Positions 47,348 to 60,224 of a DNA stretch of 64,000 nt are shown in pieces (the first letter of the stretch is position 1; each line of letters starts with the position of its first letter). Under the pieces are notes generated by a model. It had not been told where the DNA came from. It saw nothing but the letters and a program-made list of their open reading frames with translations, and did not search any database. Origin of the DNA: Macrostomum lignano (Eukaryota); NCBI GenBank assembly GCA_002269645.1, contig NIVC01000230.1, positions 124,001-188,000 on the forward strand. Direction: 5' to 3'. The translations under genes and the position numbers were made by a program.

Positions 47348-48421
47348 AAAGCACCTCCTGCACCGGCTGTGCAGTGGGTAGTACTACGTCTCGGCGGGGA
47401 TGAGGTGGCCTGCCAGCTGAAGTTGCCGATGTAATATATCCATGTAATGTACTATAAGTATTTGTGGCTAGCTAAACATAAATTTACATTGCACATGTAG
47501 TTAAAGGCTAAGCTGCATGTTACGTCACATGTAGATATTAAACAATGTATTTTGGCCATGAACTTTCAGCCCTTTACAAAAAGTTGCAACTTTAATCATC
47601 ACAGAAGATCAGTGTCAAAAATATAACGTCGCGCTTCTGCTAAGCAAAAACATGTTACTCGCTTTTCTGGAGAATTTTATTTTCCACAGCCAATCAAATA
47701 AACCACTCCATTTGTTTGAAACTTTGTTGGCGTTCTTGGCAACATTTCGGTTTTTATTGTCTGCCGCTTTTATGAAATAGAGATTTATGAAATAGCTAGA
47801 GTTAGACATAAGACATAACATAAATCAGTTGAAAGTACTACTCCAAGTCCAAGGGTGACCCACGTTGATTGTGCAGAAAAAAACAGAAATCAACAGCCCT
47901 TTAAGATCCAATAGCTTCCTTACGCCAGTTAGGATTAAAAAAATATTTTGGATTTTTCATACAACAAAACACCATTAGTAACATTAAACTGCTGTAGGCC
48001 TATTTGTAGTTAACTAGAAGAATAGTTTTTGAAAACTTCATAGCTAGATTTCCTAATTTTACAATCTATCTATAGTGCCTGATAGGGTAGGTGAATAGAA
48101 TATAAATTCTAGAAGTAGCCTAAGGCCTAGTATTGAATTTCAAGGCCTGACTAATACTTTGTTGTTTATACAATTGACATTGTATCATTAAGCAACATTA
48201 TTCTAGCTGCTCCATATATTTTTTCTATAAAAACTATTAATTTAATTGCTAAAATATTTTTACTTTAAATAGCAAAGATAGTTGTCTATTTGGTTATACT
48301 TTAAGTTTAACAAGTCCTTAGTTGTAGGCCTACCTAGTCCTAATTTATTTTTGTAGATCCCTCTGCTCTAGCTAGCTAGTTTAGGTTAGATAAGCATATT
48401 AATATATTTTTTGCTTGAAAA

Positions 48422-51400
48422 ATGTCTTTTGCAGGCTTCAAAAAACAGATCAGCAAAGCTAATCAGGTAAGCATTAGGCCCTAATAGTATTTTAATAATA
48501 GTGTTATTTTTTGCATAATTTGAATTTAAAATTGAAATAAATGATTATTAATACTTTTCCTTCTTTATTTAGCTTTTCAATGAGAAGCTTGCAGGAGCTA
48601 AGGGTACAGAGCTGGAATCAGATTTTGTGGAGATGGAACGGGTATGTTTTAATAAGCAATTTTAATTTTTTTTTAATTTAATTTTGTTTTCTAAATGTCA
48701 ACCTAAAACAAATAAATGGAACTTTATATTTCCATTGTAGAAAATTGATGTCACTGGCAAAATGATTGAAGAATTGATTACAAAAACTCAGGACTACCTG
48801 CAGCCAAATCCTAGTAAGTAAAGTCAGTTAAAAATATTTAAAAAATAAATTATACCTAGGAATAGTCATTTATGCATGATATATATTACTAAATTGTAGG
48901 CATTTAATAATATCAATGGATATTTTTTGATAAAAATCATATATTATATCATATATTTTTGTAAGACAGGGATCTTATTCAATCCCTAGTCTATATGCAT
49001 TTTAATCACCATGCTATATTCAGCTCAATTAAAAATCATAAACTTGCAAAAAAACCCACATTACACAGTGGCTCGGGCACGAATCTCGGCTGTAAAAGGT
49101 TTGAACAATCTGCAGAATAAAAGCCGCAACATGGCTTATCCTCAGCCTGAAGGTCTCTTAGGCGATGCAATGATCAAGCATGGCAAGGACCTGGGGCACA
49201 ACTCTTCACTGGGTAATCAATATTAATTTTTTTGTGCCAGAAAGTCCTAGGTTCGATTGCTAGAGTGGAGCTTGAATGGTTAACAACATACAGTAGTCAC
49301 ACAGACAGGAGAGTCACAGACAAGAGAGTCACACAGACAGGAGGGTTACACTGACAAGAGCCACACAGACAAGAGAGAGTCACACAGACAAGAGAGAGTC
49401 ACACAGACAAGAGAGTCACACAGACAAGAGAGAGTCACACAGACAAGAGAGTCACACAGACAAGAGAGTCACACAGACAAGAGAGTCACACAGACAAGAG
49501 AGTCACACAGACAAGAGAGTCACACAGACAAGAGAGTCACGCAGACAAGAGAGTCACACAGACAAGAGAGAGTCACGCAGACAAGAGAGTCACACAGACA
49601 GGAGAGTCACGCAGACAAGAGAGTCACACAGACAAGAGAGTCACACAGAAAAGAGAGAGTCACACAGACAAGAGAGTCACACAGACAAGAGAGAGTCACA
49701 CAGACAAGAGAGTCACACAGACAAAAGAGAGTCACACAGACAAGAGAGTCACACAGACAAGAGAGAGTCACACAGACAAGAGAGTCACACAGACAAGAGT
49801 CACACAGACAAGAGAGTCACACAGACAAGAGAGTCACACAGACAAGAGAGTCACACAGACAAGAGAGTCGCACAGACAAGAGAGTCACACAGACAAGAGA
49901 GTCACACAGACAAGAGAGAGTCACACAGACAAGAGAGTCACACAGACAAGAGAGAGTCACACAGACAAGAGAGTCACACAGACAAGAGAGAGTCACACAG
50001 ACAAGAGAGTCACACAGACAAGAGTCACACAGACAAGAGAGTCACACAGACAAGAGAGTCACACAGACAAGAGAGTCACACAGACAAGAGAGTCGCACAG
50101 ACAAGAGAGTCACACAGACAGGAGGGTTACACAGACAAGTCACACAGACAAGAGAGTCACACAGACAAGAGAGTCACACAGACAAGAGAGTCACACAGAC
50201 AAGAGAGTCACGCAGACAAGAGAGTCACACAGACAAGAGAGAGTCACGCAGACAAGAGAGTCACACAGACAAGAGAGAGTCACGCAGACAAGAGAGTCAC
50301 ACAGACAGGAGAGTCACGCAGACAAGAGAGTCACACAGACAAGAGAGTCACACAGACAAGAGAGAGTCACACAGACAAGAGAGTCAAACAGACAAGAGAG
50401 AGTCACACAGACAAGAGAGTCACACAGACAAGAGAGAGTCACACAGACAAGAGAGTCACACAGACAAGAGAGAGTCACACAGACAAGAGAGTCACACAGA
50501 CAAGAGTCACACAGACAAGAGAGTCACACAGACAAGAGAGTCACACAGACAAGAGAGTCGCACAGACAAGAGAGTCACACAGACAAGAGAGTCACACAGA
50601 CAAGAGAGAGTCACACAGACAAGAGAGTCACGCAGACAAGAGAGTCACACAGACAGGAGAGTCACACAGACAGGAGGGTTACACAGACAAGTCACACAGA
50701 CAAGAGAGTCACATTGACAAGAGTCACACAGACATGAGAGTCACACAGACATGAGAGTCACACAAACATGAGAGTCACACAAACATGAGAGTCACACTGA
50801 CAAGAAAGTCACACAGACAAGAGAGTCACACTGACAAGAAAGTCACACAGACAAGAGAGTCACACAGACAAGTCACACAGACAAGAGAGAGTCACACAGA
50901 CAAGAGAGTCACACTGACAAGAGTCACACAGACAGGAGAGTCACAAAAACATGAGAGTCACACTGACAAGAGTCACACAGACAGGAAAGTCACACAGACA
51001 GGAGAGTCACAAAAACATGAGAGTCACACTGACAAGAGAGAGTTACAAGAAACAGGAGTCTGTAGAACAATTAGTTTAGTATGTCAATATTTCAAGTGAT
51101 TAATGCCCCATTTCATCCACCTGTGTTTCCTAAGTTAGTTTAGTATTTGAATTTCAACAGTTTTTGGCGGTCCTATTCGCTTTCAAACTATAGCTGGTTT
51201 TCAGCCATTTTTAAAAAGAATTGACTGTCGTGAAAGAAGATTCAAATTTGCTGTGCAATTTACTCTTTCACGAAGTTAGTCAAAAACACTTTATTACCTG
51301 ACTACCTGTGGTTAGCCTGACACACTAAATCTTGCTTTTATCAGCAGCCTGGAATCTAGAGATATTTTAGCGCATTAAACTTCGTATTTTTATCTGGTCC

Positions 51401-54400
51401 ATTTTTCAACCAGTGTACAATTCTGTAAGTTCAGTGTACAGTCCCAGTGTGCGCAAAGTGACTGCAACAGTGCTACGTAGAAACATACATGCGCAACCTC
51501 CGAAATTCGGTCGGCCATGCGACTTAGTTTTAACAAAAATGCGACGTAGTTTTTGGCCCAAAATGCGACTTACATGTAAAAAAAAACCCTAAAGCAAAAT
51601 AAACGCAACTTTGGGTAAACGGCAGGAGTAACTATGACTGTCTTATTAAGCCAAAATGCCTCGTCAGCTACTTAGCACTACTACTTGGTTATTTTTTCGG
51701 GTGGGCATTTTTGCGACTTCCTTGGTTGGCCGCCAAATCGGTCGGCCGCATCGGCCGCCTCGGCCGACTGTTGCGCATGTATGCGTAGAAAGCATTTCAA
51801 ATTTGTGTTTTTATGTAAGGCACAAACAGGTTTAAATAGAATTACAGTTTGGCATTTGCACTGGGTCAAGTAATAGCTTTTCTTGAAAGCAGGCCAAACC
51901 TTTTAACTAATGGACCAAATGAGGTATCTTTTTCTAATTGCGATACCATTCGGGGTATCTTTTCTGATTGAGATGCCATAATGAGGGTATCTTTTCTGAT
52001 TGAAATGCCATCAGGAGGGTATCTTTTCTGATTGAGATGTCATCAGAAGGGTATCTTTTCTGATTGAGATGCCATCAGGAGGGTATCTTTTCTGATTGAG
52101 ATGTCATCAGAAGGGTATCTTTTCTGATTGAGATGCCATCAGGAGGGTGTCTTTTCTGATTGAGATGTCATCAGAAGGGTATCTTTTCTGATTGAGATGC
52201 CATCGGGAGGGTATCTTTTCTGATTGAGATGTCATCAGAAGGGTATCTTTTCTGATTGAGATGCCATCAGGAGGGTGTCTTTTCTGATTGAGATGCCATC
52301 AGTAGGGTATCTTTTTCTAATTGAGATACCATTCGAGGGTATCTTTTCTGAGATGCCATCATGAGGGTGTCTTTTCTGATTGAGATACCATCGAAGTACA
52401 AGCCTATTTTACGAATGAACATAAGCACAATCTAGCCACACCTCAGAAGCTACCGTCAATATCTGCAAAATTAAACAAAATGATTTTGAAACGCACCTGT
52501 GTCTTTTAGGAGAAGCTCTTGTTGAATGCGGCGACGCATACAAGCAGATGGCGGAGATCAAGTACAACTTGGAGGACGGGGTCAAGCAGAATTTCCTGGA
52601 TCCATTTAACAGCCTACTGCACCAGGATCTCAAGGAGATTAACGTGAGATTCCTGTTTATATTCGGTATCTTCTACCCAGCAGCTTTGGGTATTTTATTG
52701 GGTATCTACCCCAACTGTTTAGGGGTATTCTATTGGGGATCTACCCCAGCTGATTAGGAGTGTGTTATTGGGTATCTTCCCAGCTGTTTAGGAGTATTCT
52801 ATTTGGTGTCTCCCCAGCTGTTTAGGGGTATTCTACTGGGTATCCATCCCAGCTGTTTAGGAGTATTCTACTGGGTATCCATCCCAGCTGTTTAGGAGTA
52901 TTCTACTGGGTATCTCCCCAGCTGTTTAGGAGTATTCTACTGGGTATCCATCCCAGCTGTTTAGGGGTATTCTATCGGGTATCTCCCCAGCTGTTTAGGA
53001 GTATTCTATCGGGTATCTCCCCAGCTGTTTAGGAGTATTCTACTGGGTATCTCCCCAGCTGTTTAGGAGTATTCTACTGGGTATCTCCCCAGCTGTTTAG
53101 GAGTATTCTACTGGGTATCTCCCCAGCTGTTTAGGACTATTCTACTGGGTATCTCCCCAGCTGTTTAGGAGTATTCTACTGGGTATCTCCCCAGCTGTTA
53201 GGAGTATTCTACTGGGTATCTCCCCAGCTGTTAGGAGTATTCTACTGGATATCCATCCCAGCTGTTTAGGAGTATTCTACTGGGTATCCATCCCAGCTGT
53301 TTAGGAGTATTCTACTGGGTATCTCCCCAGCTGTTTAGGAGTATTCTACTGGGTATCTCCCCAGCTGTTTAGGAGTATTCTACTGGGTATCTCCCCAGCT
53401 GTTTAGGAGTATTCTACTGGGTATCCATCCCAGCTGTTTAGGAGTATTCTACTGAATATCTCCCCAGCTGTTTAGGAGTATTCTACTGGGTATCTCCCCA
53501 GCTGTTTAGGGGTATTCTACTGGGTATTTCCCCAGCTGTTTAGGAGTATTCTACTGGATATCTAAATCTCATATTTCAGCATCATCGCAAGAAGTTGCAA
53601 GGCCGCCGGCTAGACTACGACTGCAAGAAAAGAAAAGGTGCTCTTTAAACTTTTTGTCAGCAAAATTCTAATTTTATTTTCGACTTCTACTTTAAGTAGA
53701 CAATGCGTGTTTTTTCTATCTTTTTTGTTTCAAGGCTCGGGCAGAGCGCCGGCCGAAGACGATGTGCACGCGGCTGAACAGAAATTTGCCGAGAGCAAAT
53801 CCTTGACTGAAGGCGCCATGATTAACTTTCTCTCGTCAGATGTATGTCTGCTGATGTGCCCTTGGGTCTTTGCCTGCACTCAAATTGTCTGCTTCACACT
53901 GCCCGCTCACTGTGTCTAATCTCCCTCGTGTCTAATCTCCCTCGTGTCTAATCTCCCTCGTGTCTAATCTCCCTCCTGTCTAATCTCCCTCGTGTCTAAT
54001 CTCCCTCCTGTCTAATCTCCCTCCTGTCTAATCTCCCTCCTGTTTAATCTCCCTTCTGTCTAATCTCCCTCCTGTCTAATCTCCCTCCTGTCTAATCTCC
54101 CTCCTGTCTAATCTCCCTCCTGTCTAATCTCCCTCCTGTCTAATCTCCCTCCTGTCTAATCTCCCTCCTGTCTAATCTCCCTCCTGTCTAATCTCCCTCC
54201 TGTCTAATCTCCCTCCTGTCTAATCTCTCTTCCTTTCCCCTCCTCTCTTCCGCTTTCCACCCTCTTTTAGTTCCAATTGCTCTCCCCAAATATGCACTTG
54301 AATTGAACTTTACACCGTCAGTCAGAGCAGGTGTCAGCCCTGTTCGAGCTGGTCAGCGCAGAGCTCGCTTATCACCAGGAGGCCGCCAGGATCCTGTCGG

Positions 54401-56761
54401 AGGCGCAACAGCGCTTAGAAGAGAAGTAAGTGTCTGCGATGAGTCTGCAATCTACCACTCTGCAGTCTACCACACTGCAATCCACCACTGCAGTCTACCA
54501 CACTGCAATCTACCACACTGCAATCTACCACACTGCAATCTACCACACTGCAATCTACCACACTGCAATCTACCACACTGCAATCTACCACACTGTAATC
54601 TACCACACTGCAATCTACCACACTGCAATCTATTACACTGCAATCTACCACTCTGCAATCTACCACTCTGCAATCTACCCCACTGCAATCTACCTCACTG
54701 CAATCTACCTCACTGCAATCTACCACACTGCAATCTACCTCACTGCAATCTACCACACTGCAATCTACCACACTGCAATCTACCACTCTGCAATCTACCT
54801 CACTGCCAGTGCAGTCTACCTTACTGCAATCTACCACACTGCAATCTAACTCACTGCCACTGCAATCTATCTCACTGCAATCTACCACACTGCAATCTAC
54901 CACACTGCAATCTACCTCACTGCAATCTACCTCACTGCAATCTACCTCACTGCCACTGCAATCTACCACACTGCAATCTAACTCACTGCCACTGCAATCT
55001 ATCTCACTGCAATCTACCACACTGCAATCTACCTCACTGCAATCTACCTCACTGCAATCTACCTCACTGCAATCTACCTCACTGCCACTGCAATCTACCT
55101 TACTGCAATCTACCTCACTGCAGTCTACCTCACTGCAATCTACCTCACTGCAATCTACCTCACTGCAATCTACCTCACTGTAATCTACCACACTGCAATC
55201 TACCACACTGCAATCTACCTCACTGCAATCTACCTCACTGCAATCTACCACACTGCAATCTACCACACTGCAATCTACCTCACTGCAATCTACCTCACTG
55301 CAATCTACCTCACTGCCACCCCAGGCGGTCCGAGGCTGCCAGCAAGCCCAGGTCGGAGCGGCCCGCGGCCTCCATCACCGGTCGAACGTCGTCACGCGCT
55401 TCGGACACGTGGAAGACCGTCGGCGACGAGGACACCGAAGGCGGCGCTGTTGGAGGCGGCGGCCCAGCGATCAGCGTCAAACCTAGGCATCAGTCTACTT
55501 CGTGTGAGTGTACTGATGTGCTTCTCACCCAGTCTCACTCTCACCCAGTCTACTTCTCACCCTCTCACCCACTCTCCCTCTCGCCCACTCTCCCTCTCAC
55601 CCACTCTCCCTCTCACCCACTCTCCCTTTCACCCACTCTCCCTCTCGCCCACTCTCCCTCTCACCCACTCTCCCTCTCACCCACTCTCCCTCTCACCCAC
55701 TCTCCCTTTCACCCACTCTCCCTCTCGCCCACTCTCCCTCTCACCCACTCTCCCTCTCACCCACTCTCCCTCTCACCCACTCTCCCTCTCACCCACTCTC
55801 CCTCTCACCCACTCTCCCTCTCACCCACTCTCCCTCTCACCCACTCTCCCTCTGACCCACTCTCCCTCTGACCCACTCTCCCACTCTCCCTCTCGCCCAC
55901 TCTACCTCTCATCCACTCTCCCTCTCTCCCACTCTCCCTCTTGCCCACTTTACCTCTCACCCACTTTCCCTCTCACCCACTCTCCCTCTCACCCACTCTC
56001 CCTCTCACCCACTCTCCCTCTCACCCACTCTCCCTCTCACCCACTCTCCCTCTGACCCACTCTCCCTCTGACCCACTCTCCCACTCTCCCTCTCGCCCAC
56101 TCTACCTCTCATCCACTCTCCCTCTCTCCCACTCTCCCTCTTGCCCACTTTACCTCTCACCCACTTTCCCTCTCACCCACTCTCCCTCTCACCCACTCTT
56201 CCTCTCGCCCAGTCTCGTCAAAACTTTTATGTGTTAAAAATGCTACGAAAGATGGGAATTTTGTACAGATTAAAATCATATGATTCCTCATCCTGTTGCA
56301 GCTACTTCGTGTAAGTGTTTTCCTAGTCGAAACCTTCAGAAATAAATGATTATTTATCATTATCTACTATAAGTAGGAGCTCGGGTTTTGAACTACTAAA
56401 TCTATGAATTTCGTGCAATTTCATTATGTTTTTTCCAGCCAATATATCCGTCTATCTTTTTTAACTTTGCATACATCGTTAAACTTTTTTTCAATAAGTC
56501 TGCAATCCGCTTTTTGGGCATGATTAAGGCATGATTTATTTTAATGTTAATATTAGAACTAATTAGTCCGTTTGAAGCTACTTTCGCCTTTAACGGGCCT
56601 TGTAACAGTTGGGCGTTGCTAATAGGCGCTTACTTATGTCGGGTGATAATTAACTAGAAGTAAGAAAGAGGTTAGGTAGAGAGGAGAGAGTGATAAAGGT
56701 GAGAGTAAGAGAGGTGGGAGAGGGAGAGGCGAGAAAGGTGAGAGTGAGAGTAGTGAGAGAG

Positions 56762-56816
<55 letters not shown>

Positions 56817-56825
56817 GAGAGAGGT

Positions 56826-56858
<33 letters not shown>

Positions 56859-57014
56859 GAGAGCGAGAGAGAGAGAGAGAGAGAGGGAGAGAGGGAGGGA
56901 GAGAGAGAGAGAGAGGTAGAGAGAGGTAGAGAGAGAGAAAGAGGGAGAGAGAGAGAGAGAGCGAGAGAGAGAGAGAGAGAGGGGGAGAGAGAGAGAGAGA
57001 GAGAGGGAGAGAGG

Positions 57015-57078
<64 letters not shown>

Positions 57079-57105
57079 GAGAGAGAGAGAGAGGTAGAGA
57101 GAGGT

Positions 57106-57144
<39 letters not shown>

Positions 57145-57233
57145 GAGAGAGCGAGAGAGAGAGAGAGAGAGAGAAAGAGAGGGAGGGAGAGAGAGAGAGA
57201 GAGGGAGAGAGAGAGAGAGAGAGGGAGAGAGAG

Positions 57234-57282
<49 letters not shown>

Positions 57283-57324
57283 TAGAGAGAGAGAGAGAGA
57301 GAGGGAGAGATAGAGAGAGAGAGG

Positions 57325-57397
<73 letters not shown>

Positions 57398-57753
57398 GAG
57401 GTGAGAAAAGCAACTGCAATTTCAGTCTGAGGCATCGGTAACCCCAGTCATTGGGGTTTTAGACTTGCAGGCCCTTACAAATCAAAATGACACAAAGATG
57501 AAAGTAGAAAAGCGGCAATAAATGAATATGTCTATGGCTCAATCCCACAGCTACAAAGGCTGCCACGCCCACCTGCCGAGCGCTGTTTGCCTTCACGGCT
57601 GACAACAACACTGAGTTGGCCTTCGACGAGGGTGACGTCATTCAGCTGGTGTCTCGAGTAGACGATAACTGGTACGAAGGCGAGCTGAAAGGCAACAGAG
57701 GATGTTTTCCCGTCAATTATGTTGACGTGATTGTTCCCCTGCCGGAGGAGTGA
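48422..57753 (+). CDS. endoA: Endophilin A (N-BAR + SH3), 10 clear coding exons
   Basis: Exons are 48422-48466 (MSFAGFKKQISKANQ), 48573-48641, 48741-48813, 49069-49212, 52510-52643, 53580-53637, 53735-53841, 54322-54425, 55325-55503 and 57551-57753. Motifs are YLQPNP, YPQPEGLLG, VKQNFLDP, HHRKKLQGRRLDYD, and SH3 ALFAF...ELAFDEGD...WYEGE...FPVNYV. The single invertebrate-type gene corresponds to SH3GL1/2/3. Confidence 0.96.
49295..51055. repeat. 17-19-bp minisatellite (gagtcacacagacaaga), endophilin intron 4
   Basis: About 1.7 kb tandem array. Confidence 0.96.
51484..51783. mobile_element. hAT-type MITE, young copy, carrying a 28S rRNA-like segment (51613-51675)
   Basis: Perfect 13-bp TIRs catacatgcgcaa / ttgcgcatgtatg; perfect 8-bp TSD cgtagaaa at 51476-51483 and 51784-51791; 300 bp. 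Confidence 0.95.
51613..51675 (+). rRNA. 28S rRNA-derived fragment (helix 69-71 region, R2/I-PpoI target), non-functional, inside a MITE
   Basis: gggtaaacggcaggagtaactatgactgtctta-tta-agccaaaatgcctcgtcagctacttag versus conserved eukaryotic 28S GGGTAAACGGCGGGAGTAACTATGACTCTCTTA-AGGT-AGCCAAATGCCTCGTCATCTAATTAG (reference recalled, aligned by eye): 31/33 and about 24/26 matches either side of the core. Confidence 0.85.
51920..52390. repeat. ~34-bp minisatellite (gagggtatcttttctgattgagatgccatcag)
   Basis: Tandem units in endophilin intron 4. Confidence 0.93.
52690..53560. repeat. ~34-bp minisatellite (gggtatctccccagctgtttaggagtattctact)
   Basis: Tandem units in endophilin intron 5. Confidence 0.95.
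53913..54228. repeat. 16-bp minisatellite (gtctaatctccctcct)
   Basis: Tandem units in endophilin intron 7. Confidence 0.95.
54440..55320. repeat. 15-bp minisatellite (cactgcaatctacca/t)
   Basis: Tandem units in endophilin intron 8; the source of the HCNLP ORF. Confidence 0.95.
55540..56205. repeat. 15-bp pyrimidine-rich minisatellite (ctcacccactctccct-like)
   Basis: Tandem units in endophilin intron 9. Confidence 0.95.
56302..56310 (+). CDS. Candidate 9-nt frame-preserving microexon of endophilin (CTACTTCGT)
   Basis: tcctcatcctgttgcag|CTACTTCGT|gtaagt; phase 1 at both ends, matching the flanking exons. Confidence 0.5.
56755..57395. repeat. (GA)n microsatellite
   Basis: Long dinucleotide run in the last endophilin intron. 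Confidence 0.97.
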
Positions 57754-58039
57754 TCGATCGGTTGAATCATTGATTGGTTAATTAATTAATTAATTAATTG
57801 ATAAATTTCAAGTGTCAATGGTCTGCTTGATAACCGGTTGGTTGGAACATTATTATCAATAATAGTCACACTATATTCGTATTTATATGTCTTATGTCTC
57901 ATTTTAAACTAATTTGATTATTAAATCATTAAAGCTCTTCATTCCTAACCCTGTGATTTTTCTGTTTAAATTTTATAAAGTTCCCAATTTCTTAGGGTCA
58001 TTGTTTCTCAGAATCAATTCACTACAATATAAATAACTA

Positions 58040-58920
58040 TTTCTTGGAATTGTCAAGTCCTGTTCCCTAGAATCGTCAAGTCCTATTTCTTAGAATCGTC
58101 AAGTCCTATTTCTTAGAATAGTCAAGTCCTATTTCTTAGAATCGTCAAGTCCTATTTCTTAGAATCGTCAAGTCCTATTTCTTAGAATCGTCAATTTCTA
58201 TTTTCTAGAATCGTCAAGTCCTATTTCTTAGAATCGTCAAGTCCTATTTCTTAGAATAGTCAAGTCCTATTTCTTAGAATCGTCAATTTCTATTTTCTAG
58301 AATCGTCAAGTCCTATTTCTTAGAATCGTCAATTTCTATTTTCTAGAATCGTCAAGTCCTATTTCTTAGAATAGTCAAGTCCTATTTCTTAGAATCGTCA
58401 AGTCCTATTTCTTAGAATCGTCAAGTCCTATTTCTTAGAATCGTCAAGTCCTATTTCTTAGAATCGTCAATTTCTATTTTCTAGAATCGTCAAGTCCTAT
58501 TTCTTAGAATCGTCAAGTCCTATTTCTTAGAATAGTCAAGTCCTATTTCTTAGAATCGTCAATTTCTATTTTCTAGAATCGTCAAGTCCTATTTCTTAGA
58601 ATCGTCAATTTCTATTTTCTAGAATCGTCAAGTCCTATTTCTTAGAATAGTCAAGTCCTATTTCTTAGAATCGTCAATTCCTACTTCTTAGAATTGTCAA
58701 GTCCTATTTCCTAGAATCGTCAAGTCATATTTCTTAGACTCAATAAGCCATGTTTCTCAGAATCGTCAATTCATATTTCCTAGAATCGTCGAGTCCTATC
58801 TCTTAGAACTGTCAAGTCCTATTTCTTAGAATCATCAAGTCCTATTTCTTAGAATCTTCAAGTCCTATTTCTTAGAATCATCAAGCCCTATTTCTTAGAA
58901 TCATCAAGTCCCACTTCTCG
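58040..58920. repeat. 23-bp minisatellite (tagaatcgtcaagtcctatttct)
   Basis: Tandem units downstream of endophilin. Confidence 0.95.
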
Positions 58921-60224
58921 TAATAGTCCATTACCAATTAAAACAAAAAATCAATAGATTTTAAGCAAACATCTTAAAAATCCGGTCCAGTAATTCATAT
59001 TTATTGCTGAGCATAAAATTTCTGCTTCAATTTGTTTATTATTCCGCCATGAAATTGTTGCCGAATGCAAACTAACTTCTGTTAGTAACTGTGACAAAAA
59101 GTTTTTATACGAATAAAATAGCTTAATGCAAATGTTCTGCTTGCAGCTTTTATATATATTCACTTTCAATAGTCGCTGATTTGAGTAAGTGCTGTCGCTC
59201 TGTACGAATATGTTTTACTTCAGTAGAATAACTTTGCTGCATAATCTCACATTTAGTTTTTTTATTATATCTTGTACTTTTATATTGGTTTCTTGCTATC
59301 AACATAAAAATGGCAGAGTCTAGGCCAGACAATATTAGCCAATAAAAATATTTCATTAAATAACGTTTTATCTTGTTTTTTCATTAAATTTCATTCATAA
59401 TCGGTTTTTTAGATAATTTTTACTATATACGTGTACGATTCTTACCTTGCTACTGATTTGAGTAGCAATTAAAGCAAATTTGCTGATTTATTTTGTCTAT
59501 GCTTGTATAATTTTAGTCAATTTATATATGAATAATCAGTGTACACATTGGAAGCTGCTGAAAAATTATAAGCTATTCATAAATTTATTTGTTTCTTTTT
59601 ATTAAAATTTTCTTGCTTTTTATACCAATTTTTAGTAGTATCTTGTTTATTTTCCTGCTACTTTCACAGATCTTAGTTTCACTAAATATTATAGACGCTA
59701 TCTATGCAGAGAACAGGGAATTCAGAATTTCATAGCGAATCTCATCAGGAATCTCATAGCAATTCTCATCCGGAATCTCTTAGAGATCTCATTAGATCGT
59801 ATAAGGTATTCATACCTTGAATCTTTTAAGCTTTCTAATTTTGTCAGGAATATCATAGAGCCGTATGCCATCACCAAAGGTCTCTAATTAGTAAATAAAT
59901 AAAACATCTTTCAGAGAATTCTTGCATCTCTGCTTGGTAGAGGCGGCCGCCAGCTTGCTGTGAGTTTTGAGTCATTCTTTCACACTATTAGATAGTCCAA
60001 TCTCTTATGCTATGAGCTTATTTGCGCGGTAATTTTGTTCAACTCTTGCCTAGTCCAATAAAAAATAATTATTATAATAATTAACCGACTCAAATCGACA
60101 TAATTAAACTTTATGTTCAGTAAGCTAAACAATTTTGCTTGAATGCGATTAAACTGTCAATGTTTCTTTTGTTAATCTCTGTGCGCTACCTGGTTAGTTT
60201 CTGACTAGAATTGTGAAATTAAGG

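Noticed and set aside
54440-56237. Cys/His-rich HCNLP and HSPSHPL ORFs suggesting a metal-binding protein
   Set aside because: The arrays sit between canonical splice sites of endophilin introns 8 and 9, and the BAR-SH3 frame is complete without them.
56634-57435. SL-repeat ORFs on the minus strand
   Set aside because: They are translations of a (GA)n microsatellite.
57426-57437. Second endophilin microexon (cag|tctgaggcatcg|gtaacc)
   Set aside because: In the required phase 1 it introduces an immediate TGA and the donor is weak; it cannot be supported without reads.
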